The notes: a model not told the origin generated them from the sequence alone. 15,129 nucleotides of DNA from a virus (IMGVR_UViG_2545824713_000012); one strand, 5' to 3'. Positions 1 through 8,300 are shown, numbered from the stretch's first letter. Numbers and translations: made by a program.

Positions 1-1284
1 TTACTTCTTCGCCTCTGCAACCACTTTACTACCCACGCCGCGGTTATTGTATTCCCACATGCGGTTGTAGTTAGTGTCATTCAGATTGCGCTGTATTTCG
101 TCGTTATCATCTACGCTGCCGGTATTACCCGCAAACGGACGATTAGAGATCACCGCATCGGCCCACGGTTTAGCCGTGTTAAAACCTTCGTTGATGGCGC
201 TATCACGGATCACCACCTGACCGTTGGTATTGGCATCAACATCCAGCGAGCGGCCCAGTTGCGCCACGCCATCACCGGAAGCATTGAAACGGCTGTTTAC
301 AGCGAGGAAACCGTAGTAAATGTTGGACAGCGTTGCCGGTGCAAACACATACGCTTCTTGCTGAGTACGTGAGTTCACCACGCGGAATTCGGTGTTATCG
401 AACACCACTGCGCCGCGACCAGAAACGATATCCACATCCCCTTCAATGTAGCTGTTGGTCACCAGCGTACGCGGCTGACGATTCGTTTCCAGACGGTTCT
501 GCACACCGCTGTTGGTGACAAAGAAGGTGTTCTGACGACCGAGAATGTTCACGTTGTTAATCTGTACCTGGTCACCATCAGTACGCAGTGCCACCGCCGG
601 ATGGTTACCCGCATCTACGCTATCGCCCAGCGTGTTTTCGATGGTCAGGTTTTGCAGTTGCAGGCCATTGTTTTGTGACCAGAAGACCGCTGAACAGAGA
701 ACACCGATACTGTTGCTGCGTTTGCTCTGGCAGCTATCGTACATATACCACGCTGGTTTACCTGGCATATATTTGCCGCGCGGGTTGACGTCGTGACGCC
801 AGTCGGCAGGGCTCATGCCCCCATCAAGGGAAAGCCCAATCTTCACATCAATCGGTTTTTCACCTGTACCGTACAGAGTAATTCCACCCGGAGCGGCAGG
901 AACATATACCGTTCCCTGATACTCACCTGGCATCACGGCAATATACTGGCGCTTGTTGGTACGCTTGATAATTGCCGCATCTACCGCCGCCTGAATCGTG
1001 GTATGCGTTACACCTTGAGTACCCGCCGGGCCGACAACAAAGTCAGGTTGCGCAGGCAGGGTAATCGGGGAAGGATTCCACGCTGCAGCACCTGGTGTCA
1101 GGGATGCAAAATAGTGTTGAGCATCGAAATTCTGCGCTTCTTTTGCCGACAGAATCGGGCGAGAAGAGGTACCAGGCGCGGTTTGATCAGAAGGACGTTG
1201 ATCGGGTGGTGTTGAGCTACAGGCGGTCAGCGTCACGCCAAAAGCCAATGCCAGCGCCAGACGGGAAACTGAAAATGTGTTCAC
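1..1284 (-). CDS. ybhC: YbhC, putative outer-membrane lipoprotein (pectinesterase-like fold / acyl-CoA thioesterase family); host gene flanking attB(lambda)
   Basis: 427-aa ORF starting MNTFSVSRLALALAFGVTLTAC (signal peptide plus lipobox LTAC); recognised from memory as E. coli YbhC; position 1-3 is the stop codon, so the CDS is complete. Confidence 0.9.
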   Translation of the reverse strand: MNTFSVSRLALALAFGVTLTACSSTPPDQRPSDQTAPGTSSRPILSAKEAQNFDAQHYFASLTPGAAAWNPSPITLPAQPDFVVGPAGTQGVTHTTIQAAVDAAIIKRTNKRQYIAVMPGEYQGTVYVPAAPGGITLYGTGEKPIDVKIGLSLDGGMSPADWRHDVNPRGKYMPGKPAWYMYDSCQSKRSNSIGVLCSAVFWSQNNGLQLQNLTIENTLGDSVDAGNHPAVALRTDGDQVQINNVNILGRQNTFFVTNSGVQNRLETNRQPRTLVTNSYIEGDVDIVSGRGAVVFDNTEFRVVNSRTQQEAYVFAPATLSNIYYGFLAVNSRFNASGDGVAQLGRSLDVDANTNGQVVIRDSAINEGFNTAKPWADAVISNRPFAGNTGSVDDNDEIQRNLNDTNYNRMWEYNNRGVGSKVVAEAKK

Positions 1285-1330
1285 AGGTTGCTCCGGGCTA
1301 TGAAATAGAAAAATGAATCCGTTGAAGCCT

Positions 1331-1345
1331 GCTTTTTTATACTAA
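1331..1345. other. attL core (15-bp lambda-type overlap/core GCTTTTTTATACTAA) = host/prophage junction
   Basis: Exact lambda att core; left flank (tgaagcct) is the bacterial B arm next to ybhC, right flank is the phage P' arm directly upstream of the int 3' end. Confidence 0.9.
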
Positions 1346-1418
1346 GTTGGCATTATAAAAAAGCATTGCTTATCAATTTGTTGCAACGAACAGGTCACTA
1401 TCAGTCAAAATAAAATCA
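1346..1418. promoter_or_regulatory. attL P' arm with Int arm-type sites and IHF H' site region
   Basis: Sequence GTTGGCATTATAAAAAAGCATTGCTTATCAATTTGTTGCAACGAACAGGTCACTATCAGTCAAAATAAAATCATTATTTG matches the lambda P' arm as remembered (arm-type motifs CAGGTCACTAT / CAGTCAAAAT). Confidence 0.75.
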
Positions 1419-2489
1419 TTATTTGATTTCAATTTTGTCCCACTCCCTGCCTCTGTCATCACGATACTGTGATGCCATGGTGTCCGACTTATGCCCGAGA
1501 AGATGTTGAGCAAACTTATCGCTTATCTGCTTCTCATAGAGTCTTGCAGACAAACTGCGCAACTCGTGAAAGGTAGGCGGATCCCCTTCGAAGGAAAGAC
1601 CTGATGCTTTTCGTGCGCGCATAAAATACCTTGATACTGTGCCGGATGAAAGCGGTTCGCGACGAGTAGATGCAATTATGGTTTCTCCGCCAAGAATCTC
1701 TTTGCATTTATCAAGTGTTTCCTTCATTGATATTCCGAGAGCATCAACATGCAATGCTGTTGGGATGGCAATTTTTACGCCTGTTTTGCTTTGCTCGACA
1801 TAAAGATATCCATCTACGATATCAGACCACTTCATTTCGCATAAATCACCAACTCGTTGCCCGGTAACAACAGCCAGTTCCATTGCAAGTCTGAGCCAAC
1901 ATGGTGATGATTCTGCTGCTTGATAAATTTTCAGGTATTCGTCAGCCGTAAGTCTTGATCTCCTTACCTCTGATTTTGCTGCGCGAGTGGCAGCGACAGG
2001 GTTTGTTGTTATATGGCCTTCAGCTATTGCCTCTCGGAATGCATCGCTCAGTGTTGATCTGATTAACTTGGCTGACGCCGCCTTGCCCTCGTCTATGTAT
2101 CCATTGAGCATTGCCGCAATTTCTTTTGTGGTGATGTCTTCAAGTGGAGCATCAGGCAGACCCCTCCTTATTGCTTTAATTTTGCTCATGTAATTTATGA
2201 GTGTCTTCTGCTTGATTCCTCTGCTGGCCAGGATTTTTTCGTAGCGATCAAGCCATGAATGTAACGTAACGGAATTATCACTGTTGATTCTCGCTGTCAG
2301 AGGCTTGTGTTTGTGTCCTGAAAATAACTCAATGTTGGCCTGTATGGCTTCAGTGATTGCGATTCGCCTGTCTCTGCCTAATCCAAACTCTTTACCCGTC
2401 CTTGGGTCCCTGTAGCAGTAATATCCATTGTTTCTTATATAAAGGTTAGGGGGTAAATCCCGGCGCTCATGACTTCGCCTTCTTCCCAT
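1419..2489 (-). CDS. int: Lambda-type tyrosine integrase Int
   Basis: 356-aa ORF MGRRRSHERRDLPPNLYIRNNGYYCYRDPRTGKEFGLG... matches lambda Int along its full length; 3' end abuts attL P' arm. Confidence 0.97.
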   Translation of the reverse strand: MGRRRSHERRDLPPNLYIRNNGYYCYRDPRTGKEFGLGRDRRIAITEAIQANIELFSGHKHKPLTARINSDNSVTLHSWLDRYEKILASRGIKQKTLINYMSKIKAIRRGLPDAPLEDITTKEIAAMLNGYIDEGKAASAKLIRSTLSDAFREAIAEGHITTNPVAATRAAKSEVRRSRLTADEYLKIYQAAESSPCWLRLAMELAVVTGQRVGDLCEMKWSDIVDGYLYVEQSKTGVKIAIPTALHVDALGISMKETLDKCKEILGGETIIASTRREPLSSGTVSRYFMRARKASGLSFEGDPPTFHELRSLSARLYEKQISDKFAQHLLGHKSDTMASQYRDDRGREWDKIEIK

Positions 2490-2685
2490 TTCTGATCCTC
2501 TTCAAAAGGCTACCTGTTACTGGTCGATTTAAGTCAACCTTTACCGCTGATTCGTGGAACAGATACTCTCTTCCATCCTTAACCGGAGGAGGGAATATCC
2601 TGCACTCGCGTACCCATCGACGAACTGTTTCAAGGCTTCTTGGGCGTCGCTGGCGTGCGTTCCACTCCTGAAGTGTCAAGTACAT
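2467..2685 (-). CDS. xis: Excisionase Xis
   Basis: 72-aa ORF MYLTLQEWNARQRRPRSLETVRRWVRECRIFPPPVKDGREYLF... = lambda Xis; 23-nt overlap with int start as in lambda. Confidence 0.95.
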   Translation of the reverse strand: MYLTLQEWNARQRRPRSLETVRRWVRECRIFPPPVKDGREYLFHESAVKVDLNRPVTGSLLKRIRNGKKAKS

Positions 2686-2929
2686 CGCAAAGTCTCCGCA
2701 ATTACACGCAAGAAAAAACCGCCATCAGGCGGCTTGGTGTTCTTTCAGTTCTTCAATTCGAATATTGGTTACGTCTGCATGTGCTATCTGCGCCCACAGC
2801 ATTCAGTGGTCATAGCAGTCGCTGATGTTCTCGGCTTCGATAACTCTGTTGAATGGTTCTCCATTCCATTCACCTGTGACTCGGAAGTGCATTTATCATC
2901 TCCATAAAACAAAACCCGCCGTAGCGAGT

Positions 2930-2962
2930 TCAGATAAAAGAAATCCTCGTCAGTGCGAGGAT
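2930..2962 (-). terminator. Putative intrinsic terminator for leftward transcription (7-bp stem ATCCTCG/CGAGGAT, 6-nt loop, T-rich tail on the minus strand)
   Basis: Minus strand reads CATCCTCGCACTGACGAGGAT followed by TTCTTTTATCTG; sits between the divergent AT-rich segment and xis. Confidence 0.45.
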
Positions 2963-3134
2963 GCTGTTCATTGCTGCTATACACTTTTTTGCTCTCAACG
3001 TAAGCGGTAGCCCATTCTGTTGGGTTGGTGCAGTTGCTTTTAGGAAATGCTATTTACCCCTTAAATGTCGGCTGAAAGAGCTAAAATCCATGCAAAAAAT
3101 TTACGCAATTTTGTGTATTATTGTGCAGTAAGTA

Positions 3135-3737
3135 ATGAGCTATTTTCTGCGCAAAAAATGGATGGTAAATTTGTCCGGGTCAGGAAAAATTTTATGGGCG
3201 CTAAACATGAAAAAAGATTCGTATCCTTATTTGATTTGCATGACAGTTTCAGGGCTGATCTTTATTTTCCTTTTCTTCTGGTGGCGGGCAGATATCTACA
3301 GGGTCACGTTTCTTAATCAGAGTATATCCCACTATTACATTCTGTTTAGCATGGGAATAGCTTTTCTGTTATCTCTGTTTTGGGTTAAGAAGGGGATAGT
3401 AAAACAAAGAGGCTGGAAGAGTCTGTCAGCATACCTTAAGGTTTATGCAGGGATGTGCATATTTGCAGGATTTTTTCTGATTATACCCCTTACGACACTA
3501 ACTTATTTTTTGCCTGGAGAGACATCGTCTTATGTTGCACCGTATCGGTATACTTCCGGTAGTTCAAAAAGTTGTTCTGGAGCTGAGGTGGATGACCCCG
3601 ATCTACATGAGAATATTCGCATTTGCTATCCGTATGGCAATTATGAGTACGATAATATTATCTATGTTGAAAAGAAAATTAATATATTAGGTGCGGTAGT
3701 GACATATGCACAGACCGCGCGTGATGATACTGAATGA
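3135..3737 (+). CDS. Hypothetical integral membrane protein (3 predicted TM helices plus ~75-aa Cys-containing C-terminal domain); opposite-strand moron replacing lambda ea8.5/ea22
   Basis: 200-aa ORF in AT-rich DNA; hydrophobic segments YPYLICMTVSGLIFIFLFFWW, YYILFSMGIAFLLSLFWV, YAGMCIFAGFFLIIPLTTLTYFL; basic loop KKGIVKQRGWK between TM2 and TM3. Start uncertain: in-frame ATGs at 3135, 3162 and 3207 (MKKDSY...), none with a strong SD. Confidence 0.55.
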   Translation: MSYFLRKKWMVNLSGSGKILWALNMKKDSYPYLICMTVSGLIFIFLFFWWRADIYRVTFLNQSISHYYILFSMGIAFLLSLFWVKKGIVKQRGWKSLSAYLKVYAGMCIFAGFFLIIPLTTLTYFLPGETSSYVAPYRYTSGSSKSCSGAEVDDPDLHENIRICYPYGNYEYDNIIYVEKKINILGAVVTYAQTARDDTE

Positions 3738-3781
3738 TATAGTATATAGCGGGCAAGTTTTAGTTAATTTATCGAGGTAAT

Positions 3782-3805
3782 ATAATTTACCTCGACTCGT
3801 TTGTT
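3782..3805 (+). terminator. Putative terminator hairpin downstream of the membrane-protein gene (9-bp stem TCGAGGTAA/TTACCTCGA, loop TATAAT)
   Basis: Perfect 9-bp inverted repeat 45 nt after the stop at 3737, followed by CTCGTTTGTTCT. Confidence 0.4.
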
Positions 3806-3933
3806 CTGGTATTAATATTTCGCTTTACGACCGATTTTTATCTGATGATATCATGCGGTTTTCATATACTGACTTACTGTCTTTTCTCCGTTAGCGATTT
3901 TCTCCTGCTCAGCGATGATTTTATCTTTGGCTT

Positions 3934-3951
3934 CTAGTTAATTTCGCTCAC
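3934..3951 (-). pseudogene. Remnant of lambda ea22 start (VSEIN then stop): right-hand junction of the substituted segment
   Basis: Minus strand reads GTG AGC GAA ATT AAC TAG; lambda Ea22 begins MSEIN... as I remember it; start overlaps the orf73 stop (GTGA). Confidence 0.4.
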
Positions 3952-4169
3952 TTCGAACCTCTCTGTTTACTGATAAGCTCCAGATCCTCCTGGCAACTTG
4001 CACAAGTCCGACAACCCTGAACGACCAGGCGTCTTCGTTCATCTATCGGATCGCCACACTCACAACAATGAGTGGCAGATATAGCCTGGTGGTTCAGGCG
4101 GCGCATTTTTATTGCTGTGTTGCGCTGTAATTCTTCAATTTCTGATGCTGAATCAATGATGTCTGCCAT
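3948..4169 (-). CDS. Lambda Orf73-like TraR/DksA-family C4 zinc-finger protein
   Basis: 73-aa ORF MADIIDSASEIEELQRNTAIKMRRLNHQAISATHCCECGDPIDERRRLVVQGCRTCASCQ with CxxC...CxxC motif typical of TraR/DksA; position matches lambda orf73. Confidence 0.85.
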   Translation of the reverse strand: MADIIDSASEIEELQRNTAIKMRRLNHQAISATHCCECGDPIDERRRLVVQGCRTCASCQEDLELISKQRGSK

Positions 4170-4267
4170 CTTCCATTAATCCCTGAATTGTTGGTTAATA
4201 CGCTTGAGGGTGAATGCGAATAATAAAAAAGGAGCCTGTAGCTCCCTGATGATTTTGCTTTTCATGT

Positions 4268-4579
4268 TCATCGTTCCTTAAAGACGCCGTTTAACATGCC
4301 GATTGCCAGGCTTAAATGAGTCGGTGTGAATCCCATCAGCGTTACCGTTTCGCGGTGCTTCTTCAGTACGCTACGGCAAATGTCATCGACGTTTTTATCC
4401 GGAAACTGCTGTCTGGCTTTTTTGATTTCAGAATTAGCCTGACGGGCAATGCTGCGAAGGGCGTTTTCCTGCTGAGGTGTCATTGAACAAGTCCCATGTC
4501 GGCAAGCATAAGCACACAGAATATGAAGCCCGCTGCCAGAAAAATGCATTCCGTGGTTGTCATACCTGGTCTCTCTCAT
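4268..4579 (-). CDS. Lambda orf61-region ORF, here open for 103 aa
   Basis: Start overlaps the orf63 stop by 20 nt as in lambda; N-terminal part MRETRYDNHGMHFSGSGLHILCAYACRHG... is lambda-like; the ORF runs past where I remember the lambda stop, possibly a homopolymer-length difference. Confidence 0.55.
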   Translation of the reverse strand: MRETRYDNHGMHFSGSGLHILCAYACRHGTCSMTPQQENALRSIARQANSEIKKARQQFPDKNVDDICRSVLKKHRETVTLMGFTPTHLSLAIGMLNGVFKER

Positions 4580-4751
4580 CTGCTTCTGCTTTCGCCACCA
4601 TCATTTCCAGCTTTTGTGAAAGGGATGCGGCTAACGTATGAAATTCTTCGTCTGTTTCTACTGGTATTGGCACAAACCTGACTCCAATTTGAGCGAGGCT
4701 ATGTGCCATCTCGATACTCGTTCTTAACTCAACGGGAGATGCTTTGTGCAT
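4560..4751 (-). CDS. Lambda Orf63 homolog
   Basis: 63-aa [66 protein letters not shown], same length and position as lambda orf63. Confidence 0.8.
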   Translation of the reverse strand: MHKASPVELRTSIEMAHSLAQIGVRFVPIPVETDEEFHTLAASLSQKLEMMVAKAEADERDQV

Positions 4752-4912
4752 ACAGCTCCCCGTTTATTATTTATCTCCTCAGCCAGCCGCTGTGCTTTCA
4801 GGGGATTTCGGATAACAGAAAGGCCGGGAAATACCCAGCCTCGCTTCGTAACGGAGTAGACGAAAGTGATCGTGCCTACGCGGATATTATCGTGAGGATG
4901 TTTCATCGCCAT
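4724..4912 (-). CDS. Lambda Orf60a homolog
   Basis: [58 protein letters not shown]...; the lambda-length product would start at the second Met (4906). Confidence 0.8.
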   Translation of the reverse strand: MAMKHPHDNIRVGTITFVYSVTKRGWVFPGLSVIRNPLKAQRLAEEINNKRGAVCTKHLPLS

Positions 4913-5583
4913 TGCTCCCCAAATACAAAACCAATTTCAGCCAGTGCCTCGTCCATTTTTTCGATGAACTCCGGCACCATCTCGTCAAAACTCGCCATGT
5001 AATTTTCATCCCGCTCAACCACGACATAATGCAGGCCTTCACGCTTCATTCGTGGGTCATAGTTGGCAAAGTACCAGGCATCTTTTCGCGTCACCCACAT
5101 GCTGTACTGCACCTGGGCCATGTAAGCTGACTTTATGGCCTCGAAACCACCGAGCCGGAATTTCATGAAATCCCGGGAGGTAAACGGGCATTTCAGTTCA
5201 AGGCCGTTGCCGTCACTGCATAAACCATCGGGAGAGCAGGCGGTGCGCATACTTTCGTCGCGATAGATGATCGGGGATTCAGTAACATTCACGCCGGAAG
5301 TAAACTCAAACAGGGCTCTGGCGTCGTTCTCGTACTGTTTTCCCCAGGCCAGCGCCTTAGCATTAACTTCCGGAGCCACACCGGTGCAAACCTCAGCCAG
5401 CAGGGTGTGGAAGTAGGACATTTTCATGTCAGGCCACTTCTTTCCTGAGCGGGGCTTTGCTATCACGTTGTGAACTTCTGAAGCGGTGATGACGCCGAGC
5501 CGTAATTTGTGCCATGCATCATCCCCCTGTTCGACAGCTCTCACGTCGATCCCGGTACGCTGCAGGATAATGTCCGGTGTCAT
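4903..5583 (-). CDS. exo: Lambda exonuclease (Red alpha), 5'-3' dsDNA exonuclease
   Basis: 226-aa [72 protein letters not shown]... matches lambda Exo; ATGA overlap with bet. Confidence 0.97.
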   Translation of the reverse strand: MTPDIILQRTGIDVRAVEQGDDAWHKLRLGVITASEVHNVIAKPRSGKKWPDMKMSYFHTLLAEVCTGVAPEVNAKALAWGKQYENDARALFEFTSGVNVTESPIIYRDESMRTACSPDGLCSDGNGLELKCPFTSRDFMKFRLGGFEAIKSAYMAQVQYSMWVTRKDAWYFANYDPRMKREGLHYVVVERDENYMASFDEMVPEFIEKMDEALAEIGFVFGEQWR

Positions 5584-6365
5584 GCTGCCACCTTCTGCTC
5601 AGTGGCTTTCTGTTTCAGGAATCCAAGAGCTTTCACTGCTTCGGCCTGTGTCAGTTCTGACGATGCGCGAATGTCGCGGCGAAATATCTGGGAACAGAGC
5701 GGCAATAAGTCGTCATCCCATGTTTTATCCAGGGCGATCAGCAGAGTGTTAATCTCCTGCATGGTTTCATCGTTAACCGGAGTGATGTCGCGTTCCGGCT
5801 GACGTTCTGCAGTGTATGCAGTATTTTCGACAATGCGCTCGGCTTCATCCTTGTCATAGATACCAGCAAATCCGAAGGCCAGACGGGCACACTGAATCAT
5901 GGCTTTATGCCGTAACATCCGTTTGGGATGCGACTGCCACGGCCCCGTAATTTCTCTGCCTTCGCGAGTTTTGAATGGTTCGCGGCGGCATTCATCCATC
6001 CATTCGGTAACGCAGATCGGATGATTACGGTCCTTGCGGTAAATCCGGCATGTACAGGATTCATTGTCCTGCTCAAAGTCCATGCCATCAAACTGCTGGT
6101 TTTCATTGATGATGCGGGACCAGCCATCAACGCCCACCACCGGAACGATGCCGTTCTGCTTATCAGGGAAGGCGTAAATTTCTTTCGTCCACGGATTAAG
6201 GCCGTACTGGTTGGCGACGATCAACAATGCGATGAACTGCGCATCGCTGGCATCACCTTTAAATGCCGTCTGGCGAAGAGTGGTGATCAGTTCCTGTGGG
6301 TCGACAGAATCCATGCCGACACGTTCAGCCAGCTTCCCTGCCAGCGTTGCGAGTGCTGTACTCAT
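5580..6365 (-). CDS. bet: Lambda Bet (Red beta) single-strand annealing protein
   Basis: 261-aa [71 protein letters not shown]... matches lambda Bet. Confidence 0.97.
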   Translation of the reverse strand: MSTALATLAGKLAERVGMDSVDPQELITTLRQTAFKGDASDAQFIALLIVANQYGLNPWTKEIYAFPDKQNGIVPVVGVDGWSRIINENQQFDGMDFEQDNESCTCRIYRKDRNHPICVTEWMDECRREPFKTREGREITGPWQSHPKRMLRHKAMIQCARLAFGFAGIYDKDEAERIVENTAYTAERQPERDITPVNDETMQEINTLLIALDKTWDDDLLPLCSQIFRRDIRASSELTQAEAVKALGFLKQKATEQKVAA

Positions 6366-6370
6366 CCGTT

Positions 6371-6667
6371 TTATACCTCTGAATCAATATCAACCTGGTG
6401 GCGGGCAATAGTTTCAACCATGTACCGTATGTGTTCTGCCATGCGTTCCTGAAACTCAACATCGTCATCAAACGCACGGGTAATGGCTTTTTTGCTGGCC
6501 CCGTGGCGTTGCAAATGATCGATGCATAGCGATTCAAACAGGTGCTGGGGCAGGCCTTTTTCCATGTCGTCTGCCAGTTCTGCCTCTTTCTCTTCACGGG
6601 CGATCTGCTGGTAGTGACGCGCCCAGCTCTGAGCCTCAAGACGATCCTGAATGTAATAAGCGTTCAT
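6371..6667 (-). CDS. gam: Gam (RecBCD inhibitor), short 98-aa form only
   Basis: [60 protein letters not shown]... matches lambda Gam; strong SD AGGAG 8 nt upstream; in-frame TAA 19 codons upstream with no start codon in between. Confidence 0.93.
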   Translation of the reverse strand: MNAYYIQDRLEAQSWARHYQQIAREEKEAELADDMEKGLPQHLFESLCIDHLQRHGASKKAITRAFDDDVEFQERMAEHIRYMVETIARHQVDIDSEV

Positions 6668-6743
6668 GGCTGAACTCCTGAAAATGGCTGTGAAAATATC
6701 GCCCGCGAAATGCCAGGCTGATTAGGAAAACAGGAAAGGGGGG

Positions 6744-7034
6744 TTAGTGATTCAGGCCGTTACCGCGTCCGTCGAGAAAAACTTCCACGAGCAAATCACG
6801 GGTATAAGTGCGCTCGATGCCGCGATGCAGATAAAGCCGTCCGCGTAAATTAGCTGATGCAGTCCAGGTACCATCTTTGTGTTTGACCAGCATTCCTGGC
6901 ATGACCGCACCTCGATTAACGGTCTGCGTTCCGTAATGTTGATGAACCATAAAAACTCCTGCCCGTAAGCTGGGCTGCTGAACATATAAAGACTTCTGCG
7001 CGTATTCAGGCGGTGGATGGCCGCCGGTTGTCAT
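6744..7034 (-). CDS. Hypothetical protein, first ORF of the leftward early operon (occupies the lambda N/cIII/kil position; not N-like)
   Basis: 96-aa ORF MTTGGHPPPEYAQKSLYVQQPSLRAGVFMVHQHYGTQTVNRGAVMPGMLVKHKDGTWTASANLRGRLYLHRGIERTYTRDLLVEVFLDGRGNGLNH; no family recognised; no arginine-rich N-terminal motif; its stop coincides with the point where lambda-like gam-upstream sequence begins. Confidence 0.5.
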   Translation of the reverse strand: MTTGGHPPPEYAQKSLYVQQPSLRAGVFMVHQHYGTQTVNRGAVMPGMLVKHKDGTWTASANLRGRLYLHRGIERTYTRDLLVEVFLDGRGNGLNH

Positions 7035-7227
7035 AACTAAGCCGCCTCGTTGAAGCGACTAAGGTATGAAATGTTGAGTTAATTTCAGCTGGTCACACCG
7101 ACGTTCACGCGTCCGTTTCACCCCTCGCACTCCCCGAAGCCTGCTGAAATTCAAACTGCGGATCTAAGCGGTCATCGCAACGGTGAATCAGGTAGTTGCC
7201 GTATCGTTGTGTTGTTGCGATGAACTT

Positions 7228-7256
7228 ATTTAAAACTATAGTTGTTTTATCGTCAA
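7228..7256 (-). promoter_or_regulatory. PL-like early leftward promoter (-35 TTGACG, 17-nt spacer, -10 TTAAAT) overlapping operator repeats
   Basis: Minus strand GTTGTTGACGATAAAACAACTATAGTTTTAAAT is nearly colinear with the PR sequence GTTGTTGACTAAAAACAACCATAGTTTTAATCT at 8280-8312. Confidence 0.5.
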
Positions 7257-7390
7257 CAACAAAAGTTGTTTTATTGGTTGTTTTAGATATAACTGGTTGT
7301 ATTTAGGATGGATTTATTTTGTGACTTGAATCGCATAGCGATAACTGAAGCGAGGTTATGGTGGTTTTTTTAACGGTGTGTGTGATGAGG

Positions 7391-7423
7391 GGAGGGCAAA
7401 AGAAAACCCGGCACGGTGACCGG
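7391..7423 (-). terminator. Putative intrinsic terminator downstream of the repressor gene
   Basis: Minus strand CCCGG-tcaccgtg-CCGGG followed by TTTTCTTTTG; about 120 nt past the repressor stop. Confidence 0.45.
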
Positions 7424-7545
7424 GATTCTTACGCCGTTAGGTAAAGATATTATTGCGGTGGCTTAATATTACTACCTAGAGCAAAGATAGGAATTAGTTC
7501 TTTACTGAATGAGCACAATGCCCAGTTGATAATTTTTAATTGGTA

Positions 7546-8235
7546 CTACCCATGCTTCCTATATGTCTGCGGCATGCTCCCAATAACCTTACCGAAGATG
7601 AACACCCGGTTCATCTCGTCTTTCTCGATCGGGTCCCACGGTGAGTAGCTTTTGTTATCAGAGATGACCAGCAGCTTATTCTTCATCATTTGCAGGCGCT
7701 TTACATGGGCTGTGTCGTCGTACAGAAACGCATAGATACCATCACCGTCGAAAGATTTAACTGTGATATCAACGAACAGCAGATCACCTGGTTCGATCGT
7801 TCCTGACATGCTGTCACCACGCACGTTAATGATGCGGATATTTTCCGCCTTCCTACCATCGAACATGTGACGAGCATCGTCAAACGAGTACTCAACCGAG
7901 CGTAGAACTTCTACAAACTCACGGTTGATGACTCCCGGCCCAGCACTGACTTCTATATCAAGAACGTCAATCTTGAAGTATTTGGAATGGCTGACAGTTG
8001 ATTGTATTGGTTGCACTGTACTGTCTGACATATTTCCAACGCCAGAAGATAACCATTCTGCGCGCACACCCAAAGCGTTCGCGATCTCCACGATTTTAGT
8101 TGTTTGATTAGCTTTCCCTGTTTCGATTTTCTGAATAGCAGCCTGGCTAACCCCGACCAAATCCCCAAGCGCCTTTTGTGTAAGGCCTCGCGCTAATCTG
8201 GCTTCTTTAAGTCTTTCTGAGAGTGTTGTTTTCAT
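7546..8235 (-). CDS. CI-like prophage repressor (N-terminal HTH_XRE, C-terminal S24 LexA-type autopeptidase)
   Basis: MKTTLSERLKEARLARGLTQKALGDLVGVSQAAIQKIETGK... HTH; Ala-Gly site in VSAGPG; catalytic Ser in RGDSMSG and Lys in HVKRL. I prefer the ATG at 8235 (229 aa) over the ORF-track start at 8301 because the extra 22 codons would overlap the PR -35/operator. Confidence 0.85.
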   Translation of the reverse strand: MKTTLSERLKEARLARGLTQKALGDLVGVSQAAIQKIETGKANQTTKIVEIANALGVRAEWLSSGVGNMSDSTVQPIQSTVSHSKYFKIDVLDIEVSAGPGVINREFVEVLRSVEYSFDDARHMFDGRKAENIRIINVRGDSMSGTIEPGDLLFVDITVKSFDGDGIYAFLYDDTAHVKRLQMMKNKLLVISDNKSYSPWDPIEKDEMNRVFIFGKVIGSMPQTYRKHG

Positions 8236-8277
8236 AGTCCAAATGTACAACCAAGGTTTTATTCCATCAAACGAAAA

Positions 8278-8300
8278 TGGTTGTTGACTAAAAACAACCA
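8278..8300. promoter_or_regulatory. Candidate OR operator: 23-bp palindrome TGGTTGTT-N7-AACAACCA overlapping the PR -35
   Basis: Perfect 8-bp inverted arms; related half-sites ACAACCA/TGGTTGT recur at 8247-8253, 8324-8339 and in the PL region (7275-7281, 7294-7300). Confidence 0.5.

Noticed and set aside
333-1316. Plus-strand ORFs (333-518, 545-796, 588-788, 793-1215, 1095-1316) inside ybhC
   Set aside because: Antisense to a well-supported full-length ybhC CDS; no RBS support and no recognisable products
1670-2193. Plus-strand ORFs 1670-1867 and 1987-2193 inside int
   Set aside because: Antisense to int; int matches lambda Int over its full length
2554-3010. Small overlapping ORFs between xis and the moron (2554-2907, 2640-2825, 2784-2984, 2825-3010)
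   Set aside because: Mutually overlapping on both strands; the minus-strand 66-aa ORF contains the terminator-like hairpin; I could not match any to a lambda protein with confidence, so none is called
3065-3316. Plus-strand 83-aa ORF in an alternative frame overlapping the membrane-protein gene start
   Set aside because: Shorter, no hydrophobic character; the longer frame gives a coherent three-helix membrane protein
4496-5130. Plus-strand ORFs 4496-4681, 4703-5002, 4912-5130
   Set aside because: Antisense to lambda orf61/orf63/orf60a/exo, which are supported by sequence identity and translational coupling
5486-6452. ORFs 5486-5752, 5509-5802, 5928-6452, 6211-6411 (plus) and 5897-6130 (minus, alternative frame)
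   Set aside because: Lie within or antisense to exo and bet, both of which match lambda proteins end to end
6325-6639. Minus-strand 104-aa ORF in an alternative frame overlapping gam
   Set aside because: The gam frame gives a recognisable Gam protein with a strong SD; the overlapping frame has no support
6752-6985. Alternative-frame 77-aa ORF overlapping the 96-aa ORF
   Set aside because: Shorter and nested; kept only the longer frame, itself at moderate confidence
7035-7545. Search for N, nutL and rexA/rexB around the repressor
   Set aside because: No ORF with an arginine-rich motif, no boxA/boxB pair and no ORF of rex size exist in this interval; reported as an absence, not a feature
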